A stretch of DNA of 64,000 bases, from the IMG/VR virus record IMGVR_UViG_3300046167_000525. One strand, written 5' to 3'. Made by a program: the position numbers and the translations under genes. The notes beneath the pieces were generated by a model. The model saw nothing but the letters and a program-made list of their open reading frames with translations, was not told where the DNA came from and searched no databases. Shown piece after piece: positions 45,849 to 56,600 of the stretch. The stretch comes from an uncultured virus (IMG/VR IMGVR_UViG_3300046167_000525). Its lineage: Duplodnaviria > Heunggongvirae > Uroviricota > Caudoviricetes > Crassvirales. Positions within the stretch are counted from its first letter, which is position 1. Each line of letters opens with the position of its first letter.

Positions 45849-46112
45849 ATGAATAAGCAAGAAATAGAATTTAGAGATCCAGTTGTTCAAAGAGTTGTAC
45901 AAAAATTTGTATCAAGATCAGACATAGGCTTTGCTAAGTACGGTGTAACATTAGAACAAGATCCGTCTAAAATGTTTGAATGGCTAAATCATTTGCAAGA
46001 AGAACTTATGGATGCTGTATTGTATTTACAAAAAGCTAAAGAAGTTTATACTACTAATCTTCAAGAAGACTTGCTAAGCGATTTAGATGTAGATTATGAA
46101 AAAATTATTTAA
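45849..46112 (+). CDS. Small all-alpha NTP-pyrophosphatase-like protein
   Basis: GFAKYGVTL..WLNHLQEELMDAVLY. Confidence 0.5.
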   Translation: MNKQEIEFRDPVVQRVVQKFVSRSDIGFAKYGVTLEQDPSKMFEWLNHLQEELMDAVLYLQKAKEVYTTNLQEDLLSDLDVDYEKII

Positions 46113-46554
46113 AAGAAAAAGCGGAAAGCGTGGACCAGTAAGAGCAAAGAAGGTATCATATGATGGTATCAACTTTGCTTCAGGTCTTGAGAAATATATG
46201 TACATAGCTTTAAGAAAAGCAAAAATAAAAGCTAAGTACGAAGGAGAGACATTTGTTTTATTAAATGGTTTTCATTTTGAAAATGAAGTTTATGAGAGAC
46301 AGGCTAATGGTAAAGGTGATTATAAAAATAGAGGGTGCAAACGTATTTTACCTATTAAGTATACACCTGATTTTATTGGCGAAGATTTTATAATTGAAAC
46401 TAAAGGTAGAGCAAATGAATCATTTCCTATGAGATGGAAGTTGTTTAAGCAGCTTATAGTAAGGCAATTCCCAAATGTAACATTATACAAACCACAAAAT
46501 CAAAAAGAATGCGACAAGACCGTAGAGTTAATCCTTTCGAAGCAAAGAGGATAG
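46096..46554 (+). CDS. T7 endonuclease I-like nuclease/resolvase
   Basis: FASGLEK..KYE..YTPDFI..IETKG. Confidence 0.75.
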   Translation: MKKLFKRKSGKRGPVRAKKVSYDGINFASGLEKYMYIALRKAKIKAKYEGETFVLLNGFHFENEVYERQANGKGDYKNRGCKRILPIKYTPDFIGEDFIIETKGRANESFPMRWKLFKQLIVRQFPNVTLYKPQNQKECDKTVELILSKQRG

Positions 46555-46995
46555 CAAGACAAAAATACGCAGAGCGCCAGATTGACAAGTTTGTTAAATG
46601 GAGCTGGGAAGCTAAAGGCAAAGTAAGATCAATAGATATAGAACAATTACATAAAAGACATAATATAATATGTACATGAAAGAAGACGAAAACGAAACAG
46701 CGTGGGTTATAGAATTAGGGTTTTATCCTGGAGTACTATTAGGGTTTAGATCTTATATAGAGGAAGATATTGCTATACATGTTTTGTATTTACCATTTTT
46801 TGATATAGCTTTAAAAATATTTAAATAGTGGATGATAACTTAGAAAGCGTAGTGGCTGCCGTAGGCTTATTTATAGACAACGTATTGCATGATATGAAGA
46901 ATGTATCTAAGTCTACAACAAAGCCTGTTATATTGGCTCATATAGATGCCTGGAAGAACGAATTAGAAACAATTAAACAATTTACAAAAACATAA
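46509..46995 (+). CDS. Three short overlapping ORFs (46509-46679, 46676-46828, 46828-46995)
   Basis: Own translations; stop/start overlaps fill the gap up to nrdB. Confidence 0.5.
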
Positions 46996-47963
46996 TGGGA
47001 TTATTTGATAAAAGAATACCTTATAAGCCTTTTGAGTACCCTGAGTATTACACCGAGGGTTGGTTAAAACAAGCTCAAGCTTTTTGGTTACATACAGAAA
47101 TATCAATGCAAAGCGATGTTAAAGACTGGAAAGAAAAATTAAATGAAAAAGAAAAGAACTTAGTAGGTAATATACTATTAGGTTTTGCTCAAACCGAATG
47201 TGCAGTATCTGATTATTGGACACAAAAAGTAGTTGGCTGGTTTCCTAAACATGAAATACAACAAATGGCAATGATGTTTGGATCGCAAGAAACTATACAC
47301 GCGGTTGCTTATAGCTACTTAAATGAAACTTTAAAACTAGAAGATTATGAAGCGTTTTTACACGAGCCTGCTACAGCAGAAAGATTTGATAATCTTGTAT
47401 CTTATAGTGGGACTAGCTCAATTGGTATTGCTAAGTCTCTCGCTGTATTTTCTGCATTTGCCGAAGGAGTTTCTTTATATTCTGCCTTTGCAGTACTTTA
47501 TTCTTTTCAACTTAGAAATTTGCTTAAAGGTATTGGGCAACAAATGAAGTGGTCAGTAAGGGATGAATCATTGCATAGTAAAATGGGTTGTACTTTATTT
47601 CGTCATATGTGCGAAGAAGATAATCAATTACTGAGTTTATGTCGAGAAGATATAATAAAAGCTGCAGAAACAATGGTTAATCTTGAAGTTAAATATATTG
47701 ACAAAATGTTCGAAATGGGTGATATAGAAGGTATATCATCTAATGATTTAAAACACTTTATAAAGAAAAGAACAAATGAAAAACTTGTTGAACTCGGTTA
47801 CGTCGATCTTGGAAACTATTTCGCGTATGACAACAAAGCAGCTAGTAATCTTGATTGGTTTTACCATCTTACCGGGGGCGTCACTCATACTGATTTTTTT
47901 GCTATTAGGCCAACTGATTATTCAAAAGCTGGAGAAAATGAGGACTATGAAGACATGTGGTAA
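46995..47963 (+). CDS. nrdB: Ribonucleotide reductase class I, beta subunit
   Basis: Ferritin-like ligands QTECAV, ETIH, AEG, DESLH; radical Tyr in HAVAY. Confidence 0.93.
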   Translation: MGLFDKRIPYKPFEYPEYYTEGWLKQAQAFWLHTEISMQSDVKDWKEKLNEKEKNLVGNILLGFAQTECAVSDYWTQKVVGWFPKHEIQQMAMMFGSQETIHAVAYSYLNETLKLEDYEAFLHEPATAERFDNLVSYSGTSSIGIAKSLAVFSAFAEGVSLYSAFAVLYSFQLRNLLKGIGQQMKWSVRDESLHSKMGCTLFRHMCEEDNQLLSLCREDIIKAAETMVNLEVKYIDKMFEMGDIEGISSNDLKHFIKKRTNEKLVELGYVDLGNYFAYDNKAASNLDWFYHLTGGVTHTDFFAIRPTDYSKAGENEDYEDMW

Positions 47964-47984
47964 TAATAAAAACAAATAATAAAT

Positions 47985-49703
47985 ATGTGGAATAATGATT
48001 GGAAAAAAGGAGAAGATTACCCTGCGTGGGGTAATAACGACGTATACAAGAAGACAATATCCGGGGGATATTTATTCGACGGAGAAACACCTAAAGAAGC
48101 ATACTATAGAGTCGCTAAAACAGTTGCTCGTAGGTTATATAAACCTGAAATGGCTGACACGTTTTTTGAATACATCTGGAATGGCTGGCTTTGTTTGGCT
48201 AGCCCTGTGCTCAGCAACACTGGTACTGACCGCGGTCTTCCTATTAGTTGTTTTGGGATTGATGTAGCAGATTCAATACAAGATATAGGTAGTAAAAATT
48301 TAGAGATGATGCTGCTCGCTAAGCACGGCGGTGGAGTTGGTATCGGTGTAAATCAAATTAGACCCGCTGGCGCTAGAATAACAGGTAATGGAACATCAGA
48401 CGGAGTCGTACCTTTCTGCAAGATATATGACTCAACAATTCTTGCAACTAATCAAGGGAGTGTCCGTCGTGGAGCTGCCTCAGTTAATATCAACATTGAA
48501 CATGGCGACTTTGAGGACTGGCTTGAAATCAGGGAACCTAAAGGAGATGTTAACAGACAATCGCTTAACCTTCATCAGTGCGCAATTGTTGGTGATAAGT
48601 TTATGCGAAAGCTTGAACAAGGAGATAAGGAAGCAAGATATAGATGGGGTAAATTACTTAGAAAACGAAAAGGAACTGGAGAACCGTACATTATGTTTAA
48701 AGGAAATGTTAACAAAGCAAATCCAGAAGCATATAAAGAAAACGGATTAAAAGTACATATGACCAACATATGTTCAGAAATTACATTACACACAGATGAA
48801 AACCATAGTTTTGTATGTTGTTTATCATCATTAAATTTAGCAAAATATGAAGAATGGAAAGACACTAATCTTATATATGACGCCACTTTCTTTCTTGATG
48901 GAGTTATGGAGGAATTTATTCAAAGAGCCAAGGGACTTCGCGGGTTTGAAAATGCTGTTCGGTCTGCGCAGAAAGGGAGAGCACTGGGACTTGGTGTACT
49001 CGGATGGCACACCTATCTCCAAGAAAAAGGTATTCCTTTCGAAGGTTTACTATCTCAGTTTGAAACTAGGAAAATATTTTCGCAAATTAAAATTGAAAGT
49101 GAAAGAGCCTCGAGAGACTTGGCGGAAATTTACGGCGAGCCTTTATGGTGTGTTGGGACAGGTATGCGTAATACTCATCTCCGTGCTATTGCTCCTACTG
49201 TTTCTAATAGCAAGCTTAGTGGTAATGTTTCTCCTGGTGTTGAACCGTGGGCTGCGAATGTTTTTACAGAGCAGAGTGCAAAGGGGACTTTCATTAGGAA
49301 AAACCCGACGTTAGTTAAACTATTAAAGAAACATAAACTAAATACAAATGAAACGTGGAATAAAATACTGGCTGACGGAGGTAGCATACAGGATATCGAT
49401 GCTTTGGATAATATCACTATGGGCCATGACATTCCAGTTAAAGAAGTTTTTAAAACTTTTAAAGAGATTAATCAACTAGAATTAGTTAATCAAGCTGGTC
49501 TTAGACAGCAATATGTAGATCAGTCAGTTAGTTTAAACTTAGCTTTTCCTTCTGAAGCTACACCAAAGTGGTTGAACAAAGTTCATTTTGAAGCTTGGAA
49601 GAAGGGTGTTAAAACCTTATATTATACTAGAACAGAATCTGTTTTACGTGGTGATATAGCTCAGCAAGCTATGAATGAAGATTGTTTAGCTTGTGATGGC
49701 TAA
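47985..49703 (+). CDS. nrdA: Ribonucleotide reductase class I, alpha subunit (no ATP cone)
   Basis: PISCF, TNICSEI, CCLSSLNL, AIAPT, KTLYY, C-terminal CLAC. Confidence 0.95.
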   Translation: MWNNDWKKGEDYPAWGNNDVYKKTISGGYLFDGETPKEAYYRVAKTVARRLYKPEMADTFFEYIWNGWLCLASPVLSNTGTDRGLPISCFGIDVADSIQDIGSKNLEMMLLAKHGGGVGIGVNQIRPAGARITGNGTSDGVVPFCKIYDSTILATNQGSVRRGAASVNINIEHGDFEDWLEIREPKGDVNRQSLNLHQCAIVGDKFMRKLEQGDKEARYRWGKLLRKRKGTGEPYIMFKGNVNKANPEAYKENGLKVHMTNICSEITLHTDENHSFVCCLSSLNLAKYEEWKDTNLIYDATFFLDGVMEEFIQRAKGLRGFENAVRSAQKGRALGLGVLGWHTYLQEKGIPFEGLLSQFETRKIFSQIKIESERASRDLAEIYGEPLWCVGTGMRNTHLRAIAPTVSNSKLSGNVSPGVEPWAANVFTEQSAKGTFIRKNPTLVKLLKKHKLNTNETWNKILADGGSIQDIDALDNITMGHDIPVKEVFKTFKEINQLELVNQAGLRQQYVDQSVSLNLAFPSEATPKWLNKVHFEAWKKGVKTLYYTRTESVLRGDIAQQAMNEDCLACDG

Positions 49704-49776
49704 AGGCTAAAAGTTATGACTTTTTTATACATATAATAATTAATATGTATAAATAATTAAATAATCTATACATATT

Positions 49777-49808
49777 AAAAAAGGGGTCTCATAATGAGGC
49801 CCCTTTCT
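49777..49808. terminator. Bidirectional terminator between the convergent arms
   Basis: AAAAAAGGGGTCTCA-TAA-TGAGGCCCCTTTCT. Confidence 0.8.
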
Positions 49809-49851
49809 ATTATAGGAATTGCAGGTATGGTACGCCTGATAATCTTTACTC

Positions 49852-50121
49852 CTATTTATTTCTTTTTATATTGGATGCTCTTTTACCCATCCCGACTCTT
49901 TTCTTTTCAGCTACAGCTTTTTTCTTTTCAGCTGAAGACATTTCACTCCAAGTCTTAACAGTTTCACCGCTAATCCTTTTACTAGGTCTACACTTTTTAG
50001 TGTTTTTATTCTTAGTAGATCCACAAGGGTTACCTTTTTCGTCGGTCCATTTTTCTTTAAACCAACGCTTAAGGTTTGCGCCTTCTTTTGTTTTTCTAAC
50101 AAACAACGGTGACTGTCTCAT
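49852..50121 (-). CDS. Small basic protein (DUF5872-like)
   Basis: LKRWFKEKWTD..CRPSKRIS. Confidence 0.6.
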   Translation of the reverse strand: MRQSPLFVRKTKEGANLKRWFKEKWTDEKGNPCGSTKNKNTKKCRPSKRISGETVKTWSEMSSAEKKKAVAEKKRVGMGKRASNIKRNK

Positions 50122-50258
50122 TATTTTTTACCTTTATTTTTTCTACACTTAGCTATTGCTCCACTTGCATACGCAGAAGGAAATACTTTGTATTGCTTCT
50201 TTACCTTATGGTAACATGCGTCTTTTAATTTGAATGGTGATCCTTTAGTTAACTTCAT
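50121..50258 (-). CDS. Small basic protein (45 aa)
   Basis: Own translation MKLTKGSPFKLKDACYHKVKKQYKVFPSAYASGAIAKCRK.. Confidence 0.6.
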   Translation of the reverse strand: MKLTKGSPFKLKDACYHKVKKQYKVFPSAYASGAIAKCRKNKGKK

Positions 50259-50269
50259 AATTTTTGTTT

Positions 50270-50629
50270 TTAGTATACCCAAAATACTTCAGGTGATTTA
50301 TCTTTATCAATATCTACATGAATAAATGTTTTACCAACACCTATTCTTTTAAATCCTACTTCTCTCAGTATATCGTATAGTTTAAACCTATCCACAGAGT
50401 TATTACACTTTATATCTACAGCTAAGCCTTTTAAGTGTGAAGAATCTGATTTACCTCCAACAAACTCATTGTGTTCAGGTGTTCTAAATCCTGAGTTAGG
50501 ATCAATAGCTTTACCGTATTTTTTACGAGCAATATCTAACATGCTTATAAGTTCATCACTCATATTTTTCCCACTTCCTTCTAAATCTGGAGAATCAAAC
50601 TCTCCGTAAGTAAAATATTTAAATTTCAT
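50270..50629 (-). CDS. Peptidase M15A endolysin
   Basis: SGFRTPEHN..SSHLKGLAVDI..FIHVD. Confidence 0.88.
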   Translation of the reverse strand: MKFKYFTYGEFDSPDLEGSGKNMSDELISMLDIARKKYGKAIDPNSGFRTPEHNEFVGGKSDSSHLKGLAVDIKCNNSVDRFKLYDILREVGFKRIGVGKTFIHVDIDKDKSPEVFWVY

Positions 50630-53600
50630 TAATCTAAAAATTTATTAAGTTTTTTAATTCTATCAAATTTAGCCTTTTCTGCTTTTTCTTTTTTGGTCTT
50701 AGCTCTAGTTGCTTTTGCTTTCTTTTTACCTTCTGCTTTTCTTTTAGCTTTAGCTTCTGTTTTTATAAGTTCGTGCTCTTCATTCTCAGCACCTACATCC
50801 CAAGATCTCCAACCTAAAGCAAGAGCTACTCTTTGCCAAACGGTGTTTCTATAATCTAACGCTTCTGTTAAAGCATTTAGCTCCGTTACAGCTCTGTCTA
50901 AAGGTAGGTTTGTAAAACCTTCAGTTAACGATCCTAATACTTTATACGAGGGACTTAAATTAAATTTACCATCTATAGTAATATCCCAATCTCTTTTTTC
51001 AATAACATCTTTTTCAAATCTTTTTGTTTGAATAGCACTATAAATTTTTCTACCTTTTGATCCAATAGAGGGAATTATATTAAAAAAAGCTAGTATTGTA
51101 TATGCATGATCGGCCATAAATTCCTTTTCTTCTTGCTTATTATACTCCATAGCGAGGTTTTTAATCATAGATATACCAGCACCTGGTAAACCAAATCCTC
51201 CTTTTAAAGTGGTATCAACCATACCATTTATTATTCTACTCTGCTTTGTGCTATACACTTTTCCATACTTTTCTAGTTGTTCTTCTTCAGTAAGCTCATC
51301 ATCCTCCTCTTCAAATCCAGGTATTAAAGCAAATAAAGCGTTTTGTAATGCAGAAAATATAACATTTTGAATAGTACCATAATATATAATTTTACTAAAA
51401 TTAGAAAAATTACTTTGTGCTAACGTTTGACCAGGAATTCGTCTTCTGTTTTTTATATCTAAAGCTGCTTTCTTTATAGACCTATTTAACTGTATAGGTG
51501 TATTTTGAAATGCTAAAAGTAATCTACCAGCTGTACTTGCTTGATCAGACGATATCAAAGCAGGATCCCCAGATTGTTGAGTCTCTTCAGATATTTGACT
51601 AAAATCTTTAAAAGCCATTTCCTCTGCTTGCTCTTTAGTGTATAAAGCTTCACCGTCCTCATTTACTTTTTTCAGGTAAGATTTTATTCTATTTCTATAA
51701 AATGTAGCGCCACCTGCTGCAATAGCAAAACTATCTGCCATTTGTGTTGGGGTAAATCCAATTTTTAGCAAGTAACTTAACGCGGCTGTTGCCTTATTTT
51801 TAGATCCTTTAACTGCTCTTGCAATCTCAGCTTCATTGACGTCACTTTTTAAACCAGCTCTTCTTTGTTTAAGCTTAGACGAATTAAATAATGTTGCAAA
51901 ATCAGACCAATATTGTTTTTGATTAGCAAATGCTGCTGCTGCTTTCAAAGGATTATTATCTGACCAATTAATAAAGTTTACTGTTGACAATGTTTGTAGT
52001 AATGCTGATCTTCTATTGAAAAACATTATCGCTCCAATAGAATTGTTAATCCAAGTATTCCACCTATTGGTATTATCAGTAGTAGAAGACGGTCTATTTG
52101 TACCGTTTTCCATTCTGTATAAAATATCTTCCAATGCATCTCTAGTGGCTTTACCATAACCAGCCTGTACTTTATTAAGATTTTCTTCACTGAATATTAT
52201 ACTTGCATTTTCAATAAATTCTGATAAGAATTCTTTTCTACCTACTTTTTCAGTTAAGTTGTTTAAATCAGATAGTATAGTTTCCGCATCCCAAAAATCC
52301 CCAGGCTTAGCCCAATTAGGTCTTTTTGCTATTTGTTGCAACTTTCTAGCATATTCACTCAAATCAGCATTGTCGTTCACATAATCAACTAGCTTTTTTT
52401 TCTCTACTTCAGATATGCCTGGTATTTCATATCCAGAAGCATTCCATAGAGCAACTCTTATAGCCTGATCGTGCGTAAATTCAGTCCCTGGCACAAGTTT
52501 ACCGAGTTTCTTTATAACAGGTTTCATTTGTTTATTAAGTGCTCTAAAGTCTTCTTTAAACGCTTGTCTAGTTTCTTCAATAGCTCTTATACCTTTAAAG
52601 TATGGATCTATTAAAGTATCTTGAAAGAACTTTTGATCAGCTTCCCCTTGTTTACCTTTTCCAGCAAAAGTATAAGAAGTTAACCCTTTGAAATCATCAA
52701 GGGATGAAGGCATGAAGATTTTATATTTACCTTTTTTCTGTCCTCTTCTATTTGCTATTGTTTTGCTAATAGTTTCATCTGCAGCAATACCTGTTTTTCT
52801 TTCTAGCATTTTATTGAACTTACTGTTCATTGTTTTGCTAAATTTATCACTAGGTTTATAAACTTTACCTTTTGGATCTAAAACTTGTATGCTTTTAGAA
52901 AACTTGGTAGATTCTAAATTATATTCTTTATCTGTTTTTCTATATCTTTCTTTGTCATTAAGCCCTTCTTCTTTTGCTGCTTTTAAATCTGCGTCAATTT
53001 TTTTATCAACCAAATTAACATAAGCTTTGTCTAAAAAACTTTTAGTTTCTTTTACTTTAGCCTCGCTGTAGTTATTTGCTAAATTTTGGTAAGCTTTATA
53101 TATAGAGTAAGCTTCGGTTTCATGTTCTAGTATTAAATCTGCTACTTTTAATTCCTTATAATTTTTAACAAATTTACCTATTTTAGATGATTTTCTTATT
53201 GGCCCTCTTTGATCTTCATACATCAAAGCAATCCATCCATTAATAGCTGAAGTATTACCATTTTTTACGCCTTCCTTAATAGTGTCAAACATATAATTTA
53301 CAGATTCTTGAGCTTCTTTATTTATAACATCAGCCTTCAATTCAAAGTTCTTTTTTATATCTGTGACGTCTGTTAAATTAAACAACCTTTCTCCTTTGTA
53401 TTCTATATAGGATCTTGTTTTATTATCATTAAAAGTAACCTCAAAACCATCAAGAGGAATATTTTGAGATTCAAGGTAGTTAAAAGCATCTAAATTTCTA
53501 GTAATATTTTGCTTCTTGCCGTTCAATACTATCTGTATTTTTTGAGTTCTTATAACTCGGCTATCATTTCTAAACCAGTCTTTTATAGCTTTTACTCTAT

Positions 53601-56600
53601 TTCCTTTTTCTATATTATTTTTTAAATTATCTAAAGAGTATTCAAAACCTATAACTTGTTTTTCATATTTCCATAAATCTCTAGTTACAGCTTTTTGAAA
53701 AGTATTAAATATTTCTTCAGAAGATATTGTATTACCTGTATTTCTAGCTATAAGATTGAGTATCTTAATTCTAGCCCTGTTAGCTATATTAGTACTACCG
53801 TATGTATAAATTGTTTCTGAATACAAGGTTTTTAATAAATCTTCTATTGTTTTTATTTTGTCTAATTTCTGTAATAAGTTTTGATTTAAAATATATTCTA
53901 TAGAGGCATTATATTCAGGGTTGTTAGCTTTTATGTTTTTTATTTCGCTATTCAGTAACCCCCTTATGTTGGATTTACTTTTTGCGGACATGCTAAACTT
54001 AACCGTGCCTCTATCTGCATCCTTAATTACTTCATTTACAAAATTATCAGCTAAGATTACACCTTTAGCTTCTTGATTTCCTTCAAAAGCTTTGCTTATC
54101 GCAGAGTTTTCATTTTTAATTTCTTTTGTAAATATTTCAAAAGCCATTTCTTCAGCTATTGCTTTACCTAGAGCTTCTCTTTTTCCTCTAATAAGTTTAC
54201 CTTTTTCGTCAATGAATAAACCTACGAAGTCAGCGTCGGAAACTTTATCAGCAGGTACTCTTCTAACTATCTCATTACCAGCAGTTGCCCCTCTAACTAA
54301 TGTTTTTTCACGATCAATCTTTTGACCAACCCATTCTGGATATGGTACAAAGTTTGGTATAAACTCTTCTTGAACTATTTCTTTACCACCAACATTTACA
54401 GTCACTTTTTTACCAGTAAATTTCCCACCAACAGATTTTTCAATTGCTTGAGGAATACCTCCGCTAACTTTTTTACCGCTGTCTTTACCCATTAAAAAAG
54501 TAGTAGTCATGTTTTCTATGATAGCTTTCTTATTCTTTATAAGATTCTTTTCATAAGTACCATCCTTTAACTTACCTAGTCTTTGAATAACAATTTTAGG
54601 TGCAGCTTCAGGATCCCCTACAACTTTACCTATTTTCTTTTTTATTTCTGCAATCAAAGGAGTAGTAGCGGAATTGTCACCTCTTTTATCTGTAATCTTG
54701 CTTTCAAGGCTAGATAAAACTTTTGTTAACTTATCTGTTATAGCTGTTATAGTAAAGTTAGGTACAACATTACTTTTAGTAAGCGGCGTATATTTTCTTT
54801 TTTCAGCTTCTTGAGGTGCAGCATCTTCTCTTGCAATAACATTTTTAGCTACACTAACGTCTTCTTTAAAACCGCCTTCACCTTCTTTCTTAAATTTAGC
54901 TAAAGCTTCTTTTACTCTATTCCTTACACCATACTGACTACCTATAATATAACCACCTAAATCATTGTTTGATTCAGGATTAAAAGCCATTATGTTTTTC
55001 TTTAACTGAACTCCGGCTACTTCTATAAAAAAGTCATCCCAACTTTTACCGTATACATTGTCAGCTACAACTCCGTACCCTGCAGCAATCTTTTTAATTA
55101 AAGGATTAAGCATACCATTATCAATGTTATCTATAACTTTAATAGCAACTTTTTCTTTAAATTCTTTATTAGTTGTACCTGGAGGCACCATAGCTTTTAG
55201 TTGATCACCAATTCTCTTTTCATTCTTTTTAGTGTCATCTTTAGTTTTATCTTTAGGCTTAGCTTCTTCTGTAGGTTTAGATAATTCTTTTTTCTTAGCT
55301 AACCTTATTTTTGTTTCTAAATTAGTTTTAGCTGTTTGAAAATCTACTTCATTATCAAAATCAAACTCATCTAAATTATCTAATTGCTCTTGCAACTCTA
55401 ACGACTTACTAGCTTTAATATCAGTTTTAACTTCAGAGTCTATCTTCTCCTTAACTAATTTTCCTTTAGCTTGTTTTTCTGTAATTGCTTTTTGAGCTTT
55501 AGTTAATTTACCTTTTTCTATGCTTTTATTATAATCTTTTACAAAATTATAAACATCTTTGCCGCTATTAAACTTAACTTTTACGCCTAAATTTTGTAAA
55601 GCTCTACGGATTACATCACCAATTTTTGTAAATACGTTTTCATTAAATTGTATGTCCCCTGTAGCAATAGCATCTGAAAATAAAGTTAAAACCTCCTCAG
55701 ATTGAGTAGCCTCGTCCATATCTTTGTAGTCCTCTAATCTTTTAGCAAAATTACTATCTTTAATTTGAGCAGCGTCGATATTGTTTATATACTCGTTCAA
55801 AGATTTACCTAAAGCTATTTGTGTTTCTGGTGAATTTTTAACTGTCTGAAATAATAACCCATGTAAAAACTCATGAGCAGCAACATTAACAGCAAATTCT
55901 TTACCCGCAACCTCCTTGTTTATTATAATTGTTTGATCGCCAGTTTTTGGATTTTGATAAATAAACCCTTGCTGATTAGAAGCTTTTTTACTATCTATAT
56001 CAATATTATTTTTTTCAATAAAATCTACAATAGCATCTGCATTATCTAGGTTTTTAACAGTTAATCCCTTTACGTCTTTAGCTAATTTTTCAACAGTTTT
56101 TGTAGTTATAGACAATTTGTTTTCAGCGCTTATTTCAGAAAGTCTACTATCAATATCATTAAGCCTAGATTGTTGAGTTTCTACTAAGCTTTTATTTCCT
56201 TTAGCTTTAGCTATTTCAGAAGATAAAGATTCTCTTTCGTCAAGTAAACCAATTGTTTCTTGAGCTAAGTTTTCATTTATTTTTAGATCACTAGTTAATT
56301 GTATGTTTTTTCTAGTAATGTTAAATTTTTGCTTTATGCTTTTTGATTCCTCTAAGCTAATATCGCCGTTAGAAACTTTATCTTTTAATTCAATATCTAA
56401 TATATTACCACTGTATTTATTTTTAGCAATATTTATAGTTTCTTTACTAATAGGGTCTTTTTCAAAAGAATCCAAAACAGATTGAGAATTATTTTCTTTT
56501 AAAGTTCTGTTTACAGAGTTTACTTGAACAGCTTTATTTATAACGCTAGCAGTGTTACCACTCCCAGACATACCACCACCAGCTGCAGCTCCTATTATAA

